DNA of 64,000 bases from Sphaerodactylus townsendi (lineage: Eukaryota), in NCBI RefSeq assembly GCF_021028975.2, contig NC_059435.1, positions 65,038,001-65,102,000 on the forward strand, read 5' to 3'. Of this stretch, positions 1 to 12,317 are shown piece by piece. Positions within the stretch are counted from its first letter, which is position 1. Each line of letters begins with the position of its first letter. A program made the translations under genes and the position numbers. The notes under the pieces are model-generated. The model searched no databases. It had not been told where the DNA came from and worked only from the letters and a program-made list of their open reading frames with translations.

Positions 1-503
1 GCACTTTCATAGTTCTCTGGGCACCCACACAGGTCTCATACATCGTTAGCCAACTGATCCCATGCATGAAATGAAAGCACTTCTTTTGAATGCTGAGTGC
101 TGCACATTTATACCTACATTTATTTCAGGCTTTCCCCCAAACCCGAGAACGGGAATTCTGTCAGTTCAAATGCTGCTAGGTCCAGAATCCTGTATTGTGA
201 CAGGTTAAATGCATCCCTCCTATAAACTTTTGAAAAACAAGAGGAATGCTGCTGGATAAGACCAACGGTTCATTTAATACACCAATCCATTTCCTATAAT
301 AGCAAACCAAATGCTCCAGAAGGCCGACAGTCGCCCTTCCCCCAAGCAACTGTCGTGCAGAACTACCACTTCTGAATATTCACCCATCATTGCTAACAGA
401 GCCCTATTCCTTCATACATCGAAGCTGGAAAACTTTTCTTCCATTTTTCATGCCCAGACACTTTCCAAAAGGTCTGTCTTTCAAGACTTCCTCTAAACTT
501 TAA

Positions 504-952
504 GGCCCTTTCAGCACGGGTTTTAACAGTTTCTGGGACGGCAAAAAATGCCGGCCCCCAGGGAGTTGTTCGCATAGCGGGCGTGGCAAATATACAGCCG
601 CCGCTTTCCCATTCGCCTTCAGCGAGGTTTACGGAAAACGGCGGCTTCCAGCCGCTGCCATGCAAACAGCAGCGGCTCGAAGGCACCATCCCTCCCCCTG
701 TGACTGGTTGACCTACCGTCTCTGCGGCCGTCCGGCACGTCGCCGAGGCCTGGGGACGTGCCCCCCTGCCCTGCGATGCCGGACTGGTCGCACAGGGCAG
801 GGGGGTGTCCCCAGGCCTTGGCAATGCGCCAGACGGCCGCAGAGACAGTAGGTTGACCGGGCGACAGCGCTCCGTGGCGCCGTCTTCCCGGTTGTTTCTG
901 GAACCGTACACGACGCCGACCCAACCCTCATTGTGGCCGTGCAGAAACGGCC
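504..952. mobile_element. PIF/Harbinger-type MITE with long internal hairpin
   Basis: TIRs GGCCCTTTCAGCACGG / CCGTGCAGAAACGGCC; 3-bp TSD TAA (501-503, 953-955); internal palindrome with ~65-bp arms at ~710-853; homologous to 4535-5066 and 51305-51734. Confidence 0.85.
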
Positions 953-1197
953 TAAGAGTTCACGAATATACTTGCTGACCCCATGAAGGAAATAAGCATA
1001 CCTCCTAATTGTGTGTAAAGTTTGGGAAGACATTTTCACTTACATTAAATAGTTTTCTTTTCAAATATGTAGCACTCGACTATTTATAATATAATGAGAG
1101 GTATTTTTGAAACAAAAACTGTTGATAAGGAGCATAATGTCTTTATCTTGTACCTGGAAGCAACCACAGTCAAGAGGTGCATACACAGAAGGATTCT

Positions 1198-4101
1198 TTT
1201 TTAAAAAAATATTTTTATTGATATTTCGGAATTATTACAGATTTATAATGTGTACTTTATATACATCCTCCATATCTTTTCCCCCCTTTTTTTTCCTCCC
1301 TCCTTCTTCTTTCCTTCTCTTCTTTTAGATGCGCAGCAGCAGGTCCATTCTTTTCAATCTTCTTGTCCATTTTTCTTCTGTAATTCCAATTTCATTTAGC
1401 CAGTCTTTGAATTCCATCCAAATCTCCTTCATGTCCTTTTGTTTTTCTTGCCATATTTGATTTCTTGACATTGTGTCGAAAATTTCTAATTGTATTTGCT
1501 CCCATATATATTCCAACCATTTCTGAATTGTCCAGATTTTTTTGTCCTTCCCCCCCAATGCTATTACTGCATGGGCGGCTCTGATCATGCATTTGAAAAC
1601 TTTTCTTTTTCTTTAGTTCTACGCATAATATGATCCACCTTTATACCTATAAATAGTAAATCTAGTATTTATCTTTGTATTTTTTTACCTTTACATATTA
1701 TTTCTTTCTATGTATTTTTACTTCACATTTTCCCATAGATATTTTTTTTACTTCTCTTGTAGCCATTCTAGCCAATAATATGGGTATAGAGCATTGCATT
1801 TTTTATCTCCATTAATGCCAACATTTCGGACTGAGTCCCACTTATCATATATGCCAACTGTTCTCTCGTGTTCTAGTACTCATTTTAATATTAATTTCTT
1901 CTCTAGTTCTGCATGATTTATCTATTTTATTTTATTTATATTATTGTCTATAGTCCTTTTAATAAGCTCTATGTCTTTTCTACCTCCATCTTGTTGCCAT
2001 TTCTTCCATTATGATTCTTATCATAAATCCTTGATCTTCTATCATGTTTTTGTATAAAACACCTTAAGATTTGTCCTTTCTTTCCCCTCTCTCATATATT
2101 TTTTATACAACTTTTCATTATACACTCTTCCCTCCCTCCCTGGATAAGGCTTTTGTCTTTCCTCAGATTCCTCTTAATAGTAAATCTCAGCTTTTCTTTA
2201 CCTCCTTTCTTAAAAAAATTTGGAAACGGTATTAATTCTCCTCTTTCATTGTACAGTTGTGCTACCTTTTGTATATTCCTTTGTCTATGTAGAGATCTTA
2301 TTAAGCTTGTGTTCCTTCCTGTCCAACCATGCTTCAAGGAAGTGGTGTCAAAGATCCAGTAAACCCTGGCATCCATATTTTCCTTCCATTTCTCCCAGCA
2401 TTTCCATTGATACCTTCTCTAGGTCTTTTTTAATTTTTTTTGTCTTTTCTATTTTGAACAACTTGAATATATTCCAAAGCTACCTCGTGTTCAAAATTTA
2501 TTTTCATTTTCTAACTTCATCCATCTGTCTCTCTTTTTTTATCTATTTGAATTCCCATCAAACTTTTATTTGAAATGCCTCGGTGAGTATTCCTGTAATT
2601 TTGGGAGCCCCCAGCCCATTAGTTTTTTTAGACATATAAACTATTTTATTCATCACTCTTGGTTTCTTTTTGATTAAATGCCCATAATTTAACCTTTTTC
2701 TTGTCCCATTCTTCAAATTGTTTCTTCTTAATCTCTAACGGGCAAAGTACCTAAATAGATAGAAGAGTTTTGGCATTATAACACATTTTTAATGCTACTA
2801 TTCTCTTTAGAAATAGATAGGTTCTTCTCCTCGCCACTCCTTTAATTGTTTCATATTTTTTTTTCCATATTACTTCGTAATTATATTTAAAACATCTTTT
2901 CCTTCTTGTTTGTTAATGTTATACCTAAATATTTAATCTTCTTTTTCACCCATTTCCTTCCCTGGTAGTTTTTTTTCTATATTTATCTCTAGGATTTCAG
3001 TTTTCTCCATATTAACCACCTCAAAACCAGAATGCTTCTTTAAGGTCTTCTAATATTATTTTTAATTCTTTTTAAAGTTTCTACAGGATTAGTTGTTATT
3101 AGTAATGGTAAATCATCTGCAAATAAATTTATTCTTATTTCTTTTCTTATTGATTTTATAACTTTTGATCCCACTGTTATTTCTGTAATTCTATCCGCTT
3201 AGATATTCCATTGTTACTATGAATAATGATGGAGATAGCGGACATCCTTGTTTCACACCTCTTTCTATCCTCTTAATTTCTTCCCGGCTCATCCATTGTT
3301 TTATCATAATCTTTGCTTTATTATTTTTGTATAATTCTTTTAATATCGTTATTAATCCCTTTCCAAATCCGGTCTGTTCCATTATTTGGAATAAATATGC
3401 ATGGCTAACTGTGTTCTAACAATGCTTTATAGACATCTAATTTTATCATGGCATATTTTTTTTATCCTTTCCATGTTCCATCACATTCAATACATTTCTT
3501 ATGGGATAGTTAATATCTCTCATCTTTCACTTAACTGCATTGATCTTGACCAATTATTTTTGGTAATATTGCCTTTATTCTATTCGACAATATTTTAGTA
3601 AATATTTTATAATCCTGGTTTAGTAAACTTATAGGTCTATATGATTCAACCTGTTCTGGATTGCGTCCTGGTTTTAATATAGTGATTATTTCTGTTTCTC
3701 TCCATGTTTCTGGTATTTTCTGTCCCTTTAATATCTTATTATATAACCTTTGTAATTCAGGTATTAATATTTCTGCCATTTCTTTGTAATACTCTGCTGT
3801 AAATCCATCTAAACCAGGAGACTTGTTGTTCTTTAATTCTTTTATTACTAAGCCTATTTCCTCTTGTGTTATATCTTCCTCCATACTTTGTTTCTCCTCC
3901 TGTGTTAGATCTTTTTTATGTATTTCTTCTATCCTTTCTGTATCTATCCTTTTAAATAATTTTTGATAGAACTGTGCAAACGTTTGTCTAATTCTTATGT
4001 TTCCTGTTATTCTTTCATTGTTTTCACTTATTATTGATTTAACTCTTTGTTTTTCTTTGTTTTTCTTTAAATAATTGGCTAGTTGTTTCATTGACTTTAT
4101 A
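1198..4101 (-). mobile_element. 5'-truncated, frameshifted L1/Tx1-clade LINE (ORF2 RT and C-terminal part)
   Basis: Minus-strand RT motifs KSPGLDGFTAEYY, YRPISLLNQDYKIFTKIL, GVKQGCPLSPSLF, FADD (~3112-3123); AATAAA and A-rich tail at ~1198-1220; 15-bp TSD ACACAGAAGGATTCT (1183-1197, 4102-4116). Confidence 0.93.
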
Positions 4102-4534
4102 ACACAGAAGGATTCTATACTGGATATCTATTCAGATATCTAATAGCCCAAGGGTTACAAGTTTCATACCCTTTGGATTTGTGCTCAACACATCAAAAAC
4201 ACATGCAATCAACAAAAACTCCTCTACTTACTTCCCAGGTGTGCCACAGTCTTGTTCCCCAGGTATGTTGCTACCTTTGAGAAAGGGGGAATAAAAATGC
4301 GAAACTTTCTCACTTTCGAAACGATCTGGGTTTACCAGAATGTTTAGGTTTTCCACTTCTCTCACATTCCAGCCAGCTAAATAAGTAGAGATACAATGGT
4401 AGATTGTGTGATACTTTGGCTGCAGCATATGCTTGGAGAATAAGTTTCCCTACATATTCTCATCTACCTGCTAGACAGCCTTTCATACTGTGGATCCTGA
4501 CATTTTATTGACCTCCTTCCCATACACACACTAT

Positions 4535-5066
4535 GGCACTTTCCGCACAGGCCAAATACAGCACCCTGGGGACAGCAAAAACTCCGTCCCCAGGGAGCTG
4601 TTCGCATGGGGGGCGCAGCTGCTTTGCAGCTGCGCCACCCTCACTCCTCCCCGGCGGCACGAAGCTGCCGTTTTCCCACCTTGCTCCCCGAGTGAGGTTT
4701 TTGGAAAACGGCGGCTTCCAGCCGCTGCCGTGCGAATGGCACCGGCTGGAAGGTGCCATCCCTCCCCCCTTTGCCCAAGCGACCTACCTTCTCTGCGACC
4801 GTCTGGCGCATTGCTGAGGCCTGGGGACACACACACCCCTGCCCTGCGACTCCGGAGCAGTCACGCAGGGCAGGGGGGGCATGTCCCCTGCACTTGGCAA
4901 TGCGCCGGACGGTCACAGAGACGGTAGGTCGATCGGACTACAGCGCTCCGCAGTGCTGTCTTCCCTTTCGTTGCTGGGACCATTCATGCAAATGGTCCAG
5001 GGAGGGGGGTTGGGTCGGCGTCATGTATGCCAACCCAACCCCCAGCGTGGCCGTGCGGAAACGGCC
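4535..5066. mobile_element. PIF/Harbinger-type MITE (same family as 504-952)
   Basis: TIRs GGCACTTTCCGCAC / GTGCGGAAACGGCC; TSD TAT both sides; same internal hairpin at ~4782-4930. Confidence 0.85.
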
Positions 5067-5539
5067 TATGGGGGGAAAATCTTGAATGTTTTATAGTGAA
5101 ATCTCCCCAGCGAGTGCAACTGGTAAGAAGCCCCTACTTGACCGGAGAGTTATTTTTCTTGCATATAATATTATGGCCACCAAATGAACCACTTGTCCTT
5201 AGTTTAGTTTTTGCCTTACATAATGAAAGCTCGATGTTTGATTAATGAGTGCTGATGGTTGTCTAAGGGGTTTGTTTTTTGTCACCTATTTGGGTAGAAG
5301 ATGAAGAGAAACAGTTTGGGCAATCTAAAAGTAGCCAGCATAGAAGACTGGAAATTTCAACATTTTGCAGTTGGCTATACTAGTACACCCTAATTCTGTT
5401 TGCTTTTTGGAGGAACCAATATTGTTTTAAAGAGTCATTCTGTTTTCCTGGGTACTAGCTCAATCCCTTATGTCCTACTTGCATATTTGTATATGCAAGT
5501 ATATATTTTCTTTACATTGCAACTTGCATATTTGACAGT

Positions 5540-5878
5540 CAGCATGGTGAAGGGGTTAAGAGCAGGTGGACTCCAATCTGGAGAACAGGGTTTAATTCCC
5601 CACTCCTCCACATGAGTGGCAGAGTCTTACTTGGTGAACCAGATTTACTTCCCTATTCCTACATTCCTGTTGGATGATCTTGGGCTAGTCACAGTTCTTC
5701 AAAATTCTGTCAGCCCCATCTACCTGACAAGGTGTCTATTGTGGGGTGAGGAAAGGAAAGGAATTTGTAAGCCCTTTTGAGTCTCTTTATGGGGGTATAA
5801 TGTTAGGTATGGGGGTATGGGGAATGGGGGTATAATGGAGAATGGGGGTATAAATCCAAACTCTTCTTCATCGTCTTG
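5540..5878 (+). mobile_element. tRNA-derived CORE/MIR-like SINE (Squam3-like)
   Basis: A/B-box-like head, CTTGGGCTAGTCACAG core, ATAAATCCAAACTCTTCTTC tail; ATGGGGGTAT repeated near the 3' end. Confidence 0.8.
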
Positions 5879-5881
5879 TAA

Positions 5882-5961
5882 ATACATATACATATACATA
5901 CATAATACATAATACATAATACATACATACATACATACATACATAAACCATATATATATAT
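5882..5961. repeat. (TACA)n/(TACATAA)n/(TA)n compound microsatellite
   Basis: Directly visible. Confidence 0.9.
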
Positions 5962-6399
5962 AGTTAAAAAATGAAATAACTATCCACAAATTTAATTCAA
6001 GGAACTGAACAATAACTGGGAGAGAAACTATCCCAAACTTTTTAACATTAACAAACGTATTGAACTTTTTAAATTCCAGATTCAGCTGGACTTCACTATC
6101 TCTCTTTGCCACTAGAAAATATAGAAGTGGTTATATGATACCCTTTTGTAAAAGGTCCTATATGGCAGATAGCAGGGGTTCAAGTAATGAGAACTCTGAT
6201 GCAATAGAAATAGTACCAGAAGATATTTTAGCAAAGTCAGTGTTATAACTATGATACATCACTAAGAATATGCTAGAGACAGTTGTGATGGAGGTCCATT
6301 GCTCATAGAAGGGTGCCAGTTTATCCCCCACCCCCCAAAAGCCACAGTGTGGCATGAAGATTTGCCCCATCTAGTCAAATCAACAACTTTTGTCCTTGT

Positions 6400-7380
6400 T
6401 GCAGGTCCTATAGAGATGGGGACTGAGGTGACCTAGGCTTATGTCTAGAAACTGTGCCCCTGGACTGGGACCCAGATTGGAGGGGCTGGTGAGATGAGTA
6501 GTGTGAGGGCACGTACCTGGCATTCTTCTGAGGCTGAAGTTGGACAGCAGGACCCATCTAGCAGCGAGACCTATATGCTTGAGAGGCCTGCATTTTATCA
6601 CCAGAGATGTTGCCATTTGTTTGTTTGCTTCATTTGTGCTAGGGTATCATCCATCTTGGAGGAGAAATCATTGCAAGCCCTTGAAAGAGATGTCCTTGTC
6701 TCTAGCCCTTGTCTCTGATGGAAGGGCAGTAAATTGCAGCCAAGCATCCCTGCACAGCGTGATGGCAGAGGCCACGGCACAGGTGGAACAGTTGGTCACG
6801 GGGTGGTCCGTGTTCACCTGCAGTTGGCAGAGTTTAATTGCCTCTGCTTGCAGAAGCTTGGCCAAAGACCTCTGGTGGTCCTCTGGGATAAGATTAAGGT
6901 AGGCTGACATATGGTCCCATTAAAATAGCTGATATGCAACCATTATGGTCTGGTAAGTTAACAATACACATATGTAAAGCTGAGGGAGAACAGAACCATC
7001 ACCCATGGCATCCAGCTTGTGCCTCTCTTTATTAGTTGATGCAGTGTTTACTCTGCCTTGATCTAGTTGGTGCTTCTTCAGCAATGAGGGAGGAAGAAAC
7101 TGGGTGTATGAACAAAATAAAGAGGATATCTTTCTACCGGACCTTATACATATTTTCCACCTTCTGTGAAACTAATGGGATAGTGAAAGATTTTTTCTCA
7201 GACATTGCATGATCCAAAAAGTCCTCCAGCATTGGGAAGGTGACCAACGCAGGGGCTTTGGAGTATACAATATTAAGGACTTTATTATTTGGCTTTGGGG
7301 TCAGTGCCCCCAAGCTCCATGTCAAAAGGCATGACCATGTAAGGAATCTATTAGGAACAGAAGCACCAATCTTCATTTGG
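6400..7380 (-). mobile_element. Degenerate DIRS-type retrotransposon gag/ORF1 (LAP2alpha-like) remnant
   Basis: Minus-strand peptides FPMLEDFLDHA..KVENMYK, HKLDAMG, MVAYQLF*WDHMSAYL, VASAITLCRDAWLQFTALPSETRARDKDISFKG, FSSKMDDTL resemble vertebrate DIRS gag (recalled motif ..SAVALRRHAWLR..LP.E.R.RIEDLPF.G..LFS..TD.TL); stops and frameshifts; boundaries approximate. Confidence 0.7.
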
Positions 7381-7403
7381 TGAAGAAACCCAAACAGTCC
7401 CCT

Positions 7404-7718
7404 ACATGAAGCCTGCTGGGTGACCTTGGGCTGTCACAATTCTTCAGAACTCGCTCAGCCCCAACTACCTCACAAGGGCTCATTCCGCGCATGCAGAATA
7501 ATGCACTTTCAAACTGCTTTCAGTGCTCTTTGAAGCTGTGCGGAATGGCAAAATCCACTTGCAAACAGTTGTGAAAGTGGTTTGAAAACGCATTATTTTG
7601 CGTGTGCGGAAGGGGCCAAGGTGTCTGTTGTGGGGAGTGGAAGGGAAAGAAGCTTGTAAGCTGCCTGGAGTCTCCTTACAGGAGAGAAAGGTGGAGTATA
7701 AATCCAAACTTTTCTTCT
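7404..7718 (+). mobile_element. 5'-truncated Squam3-like SINE interrupted by a MITE
   Basis: SINE body CCTCACAAG|GTGTCTGTTGTGGGG is split at 7476/7618. Confidence 0.8.
7477..7617. mobile_element. 141-bp Harbinger-type MITE nested in the SINE
   Basis: ~37-bp imperfect TIRs GGCTCATTCCGCGCATGCAGAATAATGC / GCATTATTTTGCGTGTGCGGAAGGGGCC; TSD AAG (7474-7476, 7618-7620) duplicates a single AAG of the SINE consensus. Confidence 0.85.
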
Positions 7719-8008
7719 GAATTATGCACAGCACAGGTAAGATGTTCTGGGGATGTCTTTAAAAAAGATGCCCTTAATTTTCAGTTTGGACAGCATGAAC
7801 AAAAAAGGTGTCAGAGGAGAAAGGCTGGACCATTAAATCTCCACTGGACCATTAAATTGCCTTGTCAGTTTCATCTGCCACTGGCACCTGACATTTTGTG
7901 GTGCAGCAGGGATTCTCTGTTGTGCCTGCAGCTTTTTGCTTAAGGTTTTCCTGGGACGTTTGCTCTGCAGGCTCTGATCCTGGGCACCTGTTCAGCCCAA
8001 AAAGTTCA

Positions 8009-8337
8009 TGCGTGGTGTAGTGGTTAAGAGCAGGTGCACTCTAATCTGGAGAACCAGGTTTGATTTCTTGCTCTGCCACTTGAGCTGTGGAAGTTTATAT
8101 GGTGAAACAGATTAGCTTGTGCACTCCAACACATGCAAGCTGGGTGACCTTGGGCTAGTCACAGTTCTTTGGAGCTCTCTCAACCACACCTACCTCACAA
8201 GGTGTTTCTTGTGAAGGGGGAAGGGAACGGAGATTGTAAGCCCCTTTGAATCTCCTTACAGGAGAGAAAGGGGGGATATAAATCCAAACTCCTCCTCCTC
8301 CTCCTCCTCCTCCTCCTCTTCTTCTTCTTCTTCTCAT
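8009..8337 (+). mobile_element. Squam3-like SINE with (CCT)n(CTT)n tail
   Basis: TGGTGTAGTGGTTAAGAGC head, core, trinucleotide tail. Confidence 0.85.
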
Positions 8338-8361
8338 CCTGCAATACATAGCCCCCCTATT

Positions 8362-8553
8362 CAGTGGTGGGATCCAAAAATTTTAATAATGGGTTCCGAT
8401 GGTGGTGGGATTCAAACAGTGGGGCCACTGCACACAAGCACCCCCAGTCCCTATTGGGCAGGGAGGTTGCTTTAGTAACCCCTTCTCGGCACTCAGAAAA
8501 AATTAGTAACCACTTCTAGAGAAGTGGTGAGAACTGGTTGGATCCCACCTCTG
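8362..8553 (+). mobile_element. hAT MITE, 192-bp form
   Basis: TIRs CAGTGGTGGGATCCAA / TTGGATCCCACCTCTG; 8-bp TSD CCCCTATT; near-identical to 43442-43633. Confidence 0.92.
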
Positions 8554-9921
8554 CCCCTATTTTTTAAATTTTTGATGAGCTGTCTTCAAAGACACGAACA
8601 CACACATATGAGAAGTGCTCTCAGTAGTTGTCAGTAGTTTTGTGCTCTCACAATAGGACAACTCGAGCAGAAATAAGGCATCCTGAAGGAAAAAATAAGG
8701 CATGTTGGGGAAAAAGCTGAGTGGAGTTCCTCCCCAAGACATCTTTTTCCCTATCCCCAAGACATCTCATTTCTGTTATGCAGAATCAGTCCACGTGTCT
8801 GAATAGTAGCAGACTGAGGGGAGGCAAGGAAGGTATTGCCTTCAGGCTCTGCTTGATTCCAGGAAACATGACCACCCATTGCTGGAAACAAGAAACTAGC
8901 CTGGCTGGACTTTTCATCTCAGCCAGCTGGGTTCTTCTGATGTTCTGTAACAACAGCAAGTTTAATGTGGCTTTCAATCTTTAACTTGCTCGCCCTCCAT
9001 ACAAGATTGCATCTCCCTGGGAAACATTGCGAGGATTTGAAGATACCTGTCCAATCCTCATAACCTCATGTTTGTCTGCAGGAACCTGGACTTGGAGCTC
9101 ACATTTTGATGTAAAATGACCAGTCCTTTTTTATGCTCTGCAGAAAAAGTGCAACCCCTCCGTCCGGAAAGGTGACAGGTTACTGCAGGGAGTTAAAACC
9201 TGGCCAGTTGTTACACCTTTGGCAGTCTCCACCGAAAGTGCCTTTTTTACTCTTTGAATTCTGCTGGCAGGTTAATGAGAGTGCAAAAGGTCTTTATCGC
9301 AGCTTCAAACCCCGCAAATTGCAGCGCAGCCAAAAGAAAAAAGCCCCCCAACGATACCACTTGATGTGCAAAATCAGATCAACTTCAAAGGGAGAGAGAC
9401 CTGCTTGGCTGCCATGAGTAATTTCTTCCCTTCCTGGTGATAACAAACGCGAACCGTTCGGCATGGATTCCGCTCCCGTCTTTCTTTGCTGAGACCTGCG
9501 GATGACTGGCCTCCCGAGCTCCAGCCTCTCTCTGCGTACAGCCGCACCGTCAGCAGCCCTTTTCCCGAAAATAGGACAAGAGGGGATTAGAAAAGAAATA
9601 TTGCAGCAGAAAAACTCTGGTGTCTCACCTGTATGGGCTGGGGATTGCATTTGTGTCCTGCTTCAGTGCTTTTAAGAATCTCCTGTATTTCAAATATTCA
9701 GTAGCTGGGCTCCTCACCATCGCAAACCAGCAGAGCGAAAGAGTGGACTACCTAGGCAAGAATGAAGAGAAGGTGGGGGGGGGGAGGGGTCACTGCTGAG
9801 CAATGACAATTTGCACTTGGGTTTCTGGCATTAGAGGGCAAGATGACAGCGTGACTCTCAGGAAAGACTGAGTTCCAAACCCTTTTTAAAAATGTAGTCC
9901 TTGTTACTTCATGATATCACC

Positions 9922-10439
9922 CAGTGGTGGGATCCAAAAATTTTAGTAACAGGTTCCCTTGCCAGCCCCCCCTCAGCAAAGGGGGCAGAGGCGTACCTGG
10001 GCAAACCTGAGCCCTGGGCAAAAACTGAGTTGGATGCCCCCCATGGGCAGCCACCCCCACCATGACCCCCCAAAAATTTTTTGCACCAGGTCATTTCTAA
10101 ATCATCATCACATTATAGAAAATGCCCCAACTCACAAATCTGAACCCAGCAATGGTGAAACACACAGGTTCTTTGATAGAGACTGGTGAGATAAAAGGTA
10201 CGAAAGGCTGAGAATCAGTGAACTGCAGTACCTGAAAGGGATTAACCCAGTTCAGGGAGTTACAGTATTAGTCGCAATTGATATATGGAACCTTCACGTT
10301 CAAAGGCAGGATGCCTCTCGGGGAGGCGAGGGCGTGGAGGTGGAAGAGCGGACCCAATTAGTAACCCCCTCTCGGCACACACAAATAATTAGTAACCCAC
10401 TCTCGGGAACTGGCGAGAACCTGTTGGATCCCACCTCTG
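9922..10439 (+). mobile_element. hAT MITE, same termini, 518-bp form
   Basis: Same TIRs and TTAGTAACC subterminal motifs; flanks ATATCACC vs GCTAGACT do not form a TSD. Confidence 0.85.
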
Positions 10440-10504
10440 GCTAGACTGGAGTACAGTTGCCAAGTGACCAGAAAACGAACCTGTCTTGACCTGTGCTTTT
10501 GAGA

Positions 10505-10789
10505 AAAAGAGGAGGAAAAGTTTGGATGTATACCCCACTTTTCTCAACTGTAAAGAGACTCAAGGTGGCTTGCAAGCTCCTTTCCGGTCCTCTCCCTACA
10601 GCAGACACCTTGGGAGGCAGGTGGGGCAGAGAGAGTTCTGAGAGAACTGTGATGGGCCCAAAGTCACCCCGCAGGTTTTATAGGTAGGAGCAAAGAAATA
10701 AGCCTGATTCACTCACGTGAAAGAGTGGGGGATTCAATCCAGTTCTCCAGATTAGAGTCCACCTGCTCTTAACCACTACACCTCACTGG
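10505..10789 (-). mobile_element. Squam3-like SINE
   Basis: Reverse complement of the SINE consensus (GCTCTTAACCACTACAC head). Confidence 0.8.
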
Positions 10790-12317
10790 TTTCAGGAATA
10801 CAGTTTCAGGTATACAAATTGGCTGCTGGAGCTTTTTACAGCTAGATTTGCCAACTACCACCAGGAGAGAAAAAAAACACTTTATGCCTTTAACAGGCAC
10901 TTACAGCCCAATCCAGACCTCTCTGGCGGGCGGGGATGGCACTGCTGCAGAGGCTACCCTGCCACCTGCAAAGGGCTTCTTTGCGGTGCGGGAAGCTCCC
11001 CCCGCCCCCCAAGTCAGCCAATACCGCCCAGTTAAAATCCTCCATAGTGGATTATGAACATATGCCACAAAAAAAACATGGCGTACATCTTGAGGTTGGG
11101 TCTGTCAGCGTGCAGGGGCTGAGAGGGAAACGGAAGCGGACTACAGTCAGCTCCGCCCCCTGGGATGACCCTTGTAGACCCTTTGTACACACACTGGGGC
11201 AATCCCTCTGTGGCAGCAGGGCCGGGGAATAATGGCAGTCTCCAGGGTGGGGCACCTTGGAGCTGTGCAGTACTTGCCTGCCTGTATGCCCCCCCAGCCT
11301 GCATTAGGCAACTCCAGATGCTTTTCATTTTTTTTTTCAGCCATAAGAAAATGAATTCCAGATCTAGACCGGATCTAAGATTCATCGAAATCAGGGTGTG
11401 CTTCTGAGTAATTGTGGTGGATACGAGCAACAATCGCAGCCCCCGCCAGTTGTCAGTACATTTTCTGAATGTGTTTTTTTTTTAATTAAAAGTTACCCCA
11501 GGTACAAGCCAATGATGCTTCAGGGACAAAAAAAAAATTGAAGGGCCTCCTTCACAGGAACTAAAGGGGATGAAAGAGGTTCCCCTAAGCAGGAGTTTGT
11601 TGTTTTCTGGGGTCTGAATGCAGATGGAGCAGAGATCATTTAAGTGTTAATTATTTAGCAAAGGGGGCTCTTCACTTCTCCCCTTGTCTCTGTCTTTCTA
11701 ATTTTGCTTCTAGCTAAAATTCCCCAGTAAAATGATGTACAAGTATGTAGAAATGCACTCCATTCACACAGGATTAGGCTGAAAATGTCACAGAATTCTA
11801 TATTTTGAATTATGTTTTTTACAGTTTTTAAACTGTATCCAATGTTGCTTTGAAATTGAACTTCTGGGGCAGTACAGTGCGTAGAACTGATAGTTTGTTC
11901 TGGTTCACAGCCTGGAGCTGGCAACCCTAGCCAAGCCTGGCCTCAATGAGTCCTCTCCCAAGACCAAAACAGCCCTGGAAAGAATCCTGTCCCTTTCCTC
12001 TATCCTTTACTCACTAAAACCTAGCCTGGAGTGCTAATGTTACCTAGCAACAGCCACTGAGGGAATCTGTTTGTTAAAGCTACAGGTGCTCCTTTTATCA
12101 TTTTGGAGTTTTTAAACTCCCCAATGTATATATTTTAGACTTTAGGGTTTTTTTTTCAGGTTTGTAGACATATCTGCCCATTTTCTGCCCATCTTGCCTT
12201 TTCCAAGTTCCCACATAGTTAATCTTCTGGGTCCGCTTGCTCCTGGCTGTTGTGACTGCCTGGGGCAATGGCCTAATGGGAACTTTCCCTGTAAGTTAAA
12301 TGGCTAATTTTGCTCAT

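Noticed and set aside
393-1039. GC-rich ORFs and CpG-island-like patches here and at 4.5-5.1, 33.0-33.3, 38.1-38.5, 51.3-51.7 and 61.6-61.9 kb
   Set aside because: All fall inside TIR/TSD-bounded MITEs; they are not genes or promoters
9417-9650. 118-aa minus-strand ORF with mild CpG enrichment and a CAG|GTGAG-like donor
   Set aside because: No recognisable homology or partner exon
10904-11312. Possible MITE beginning CAGCCCAATCC
   Set aside because: Right TIR and TSD too degenerate to confirm
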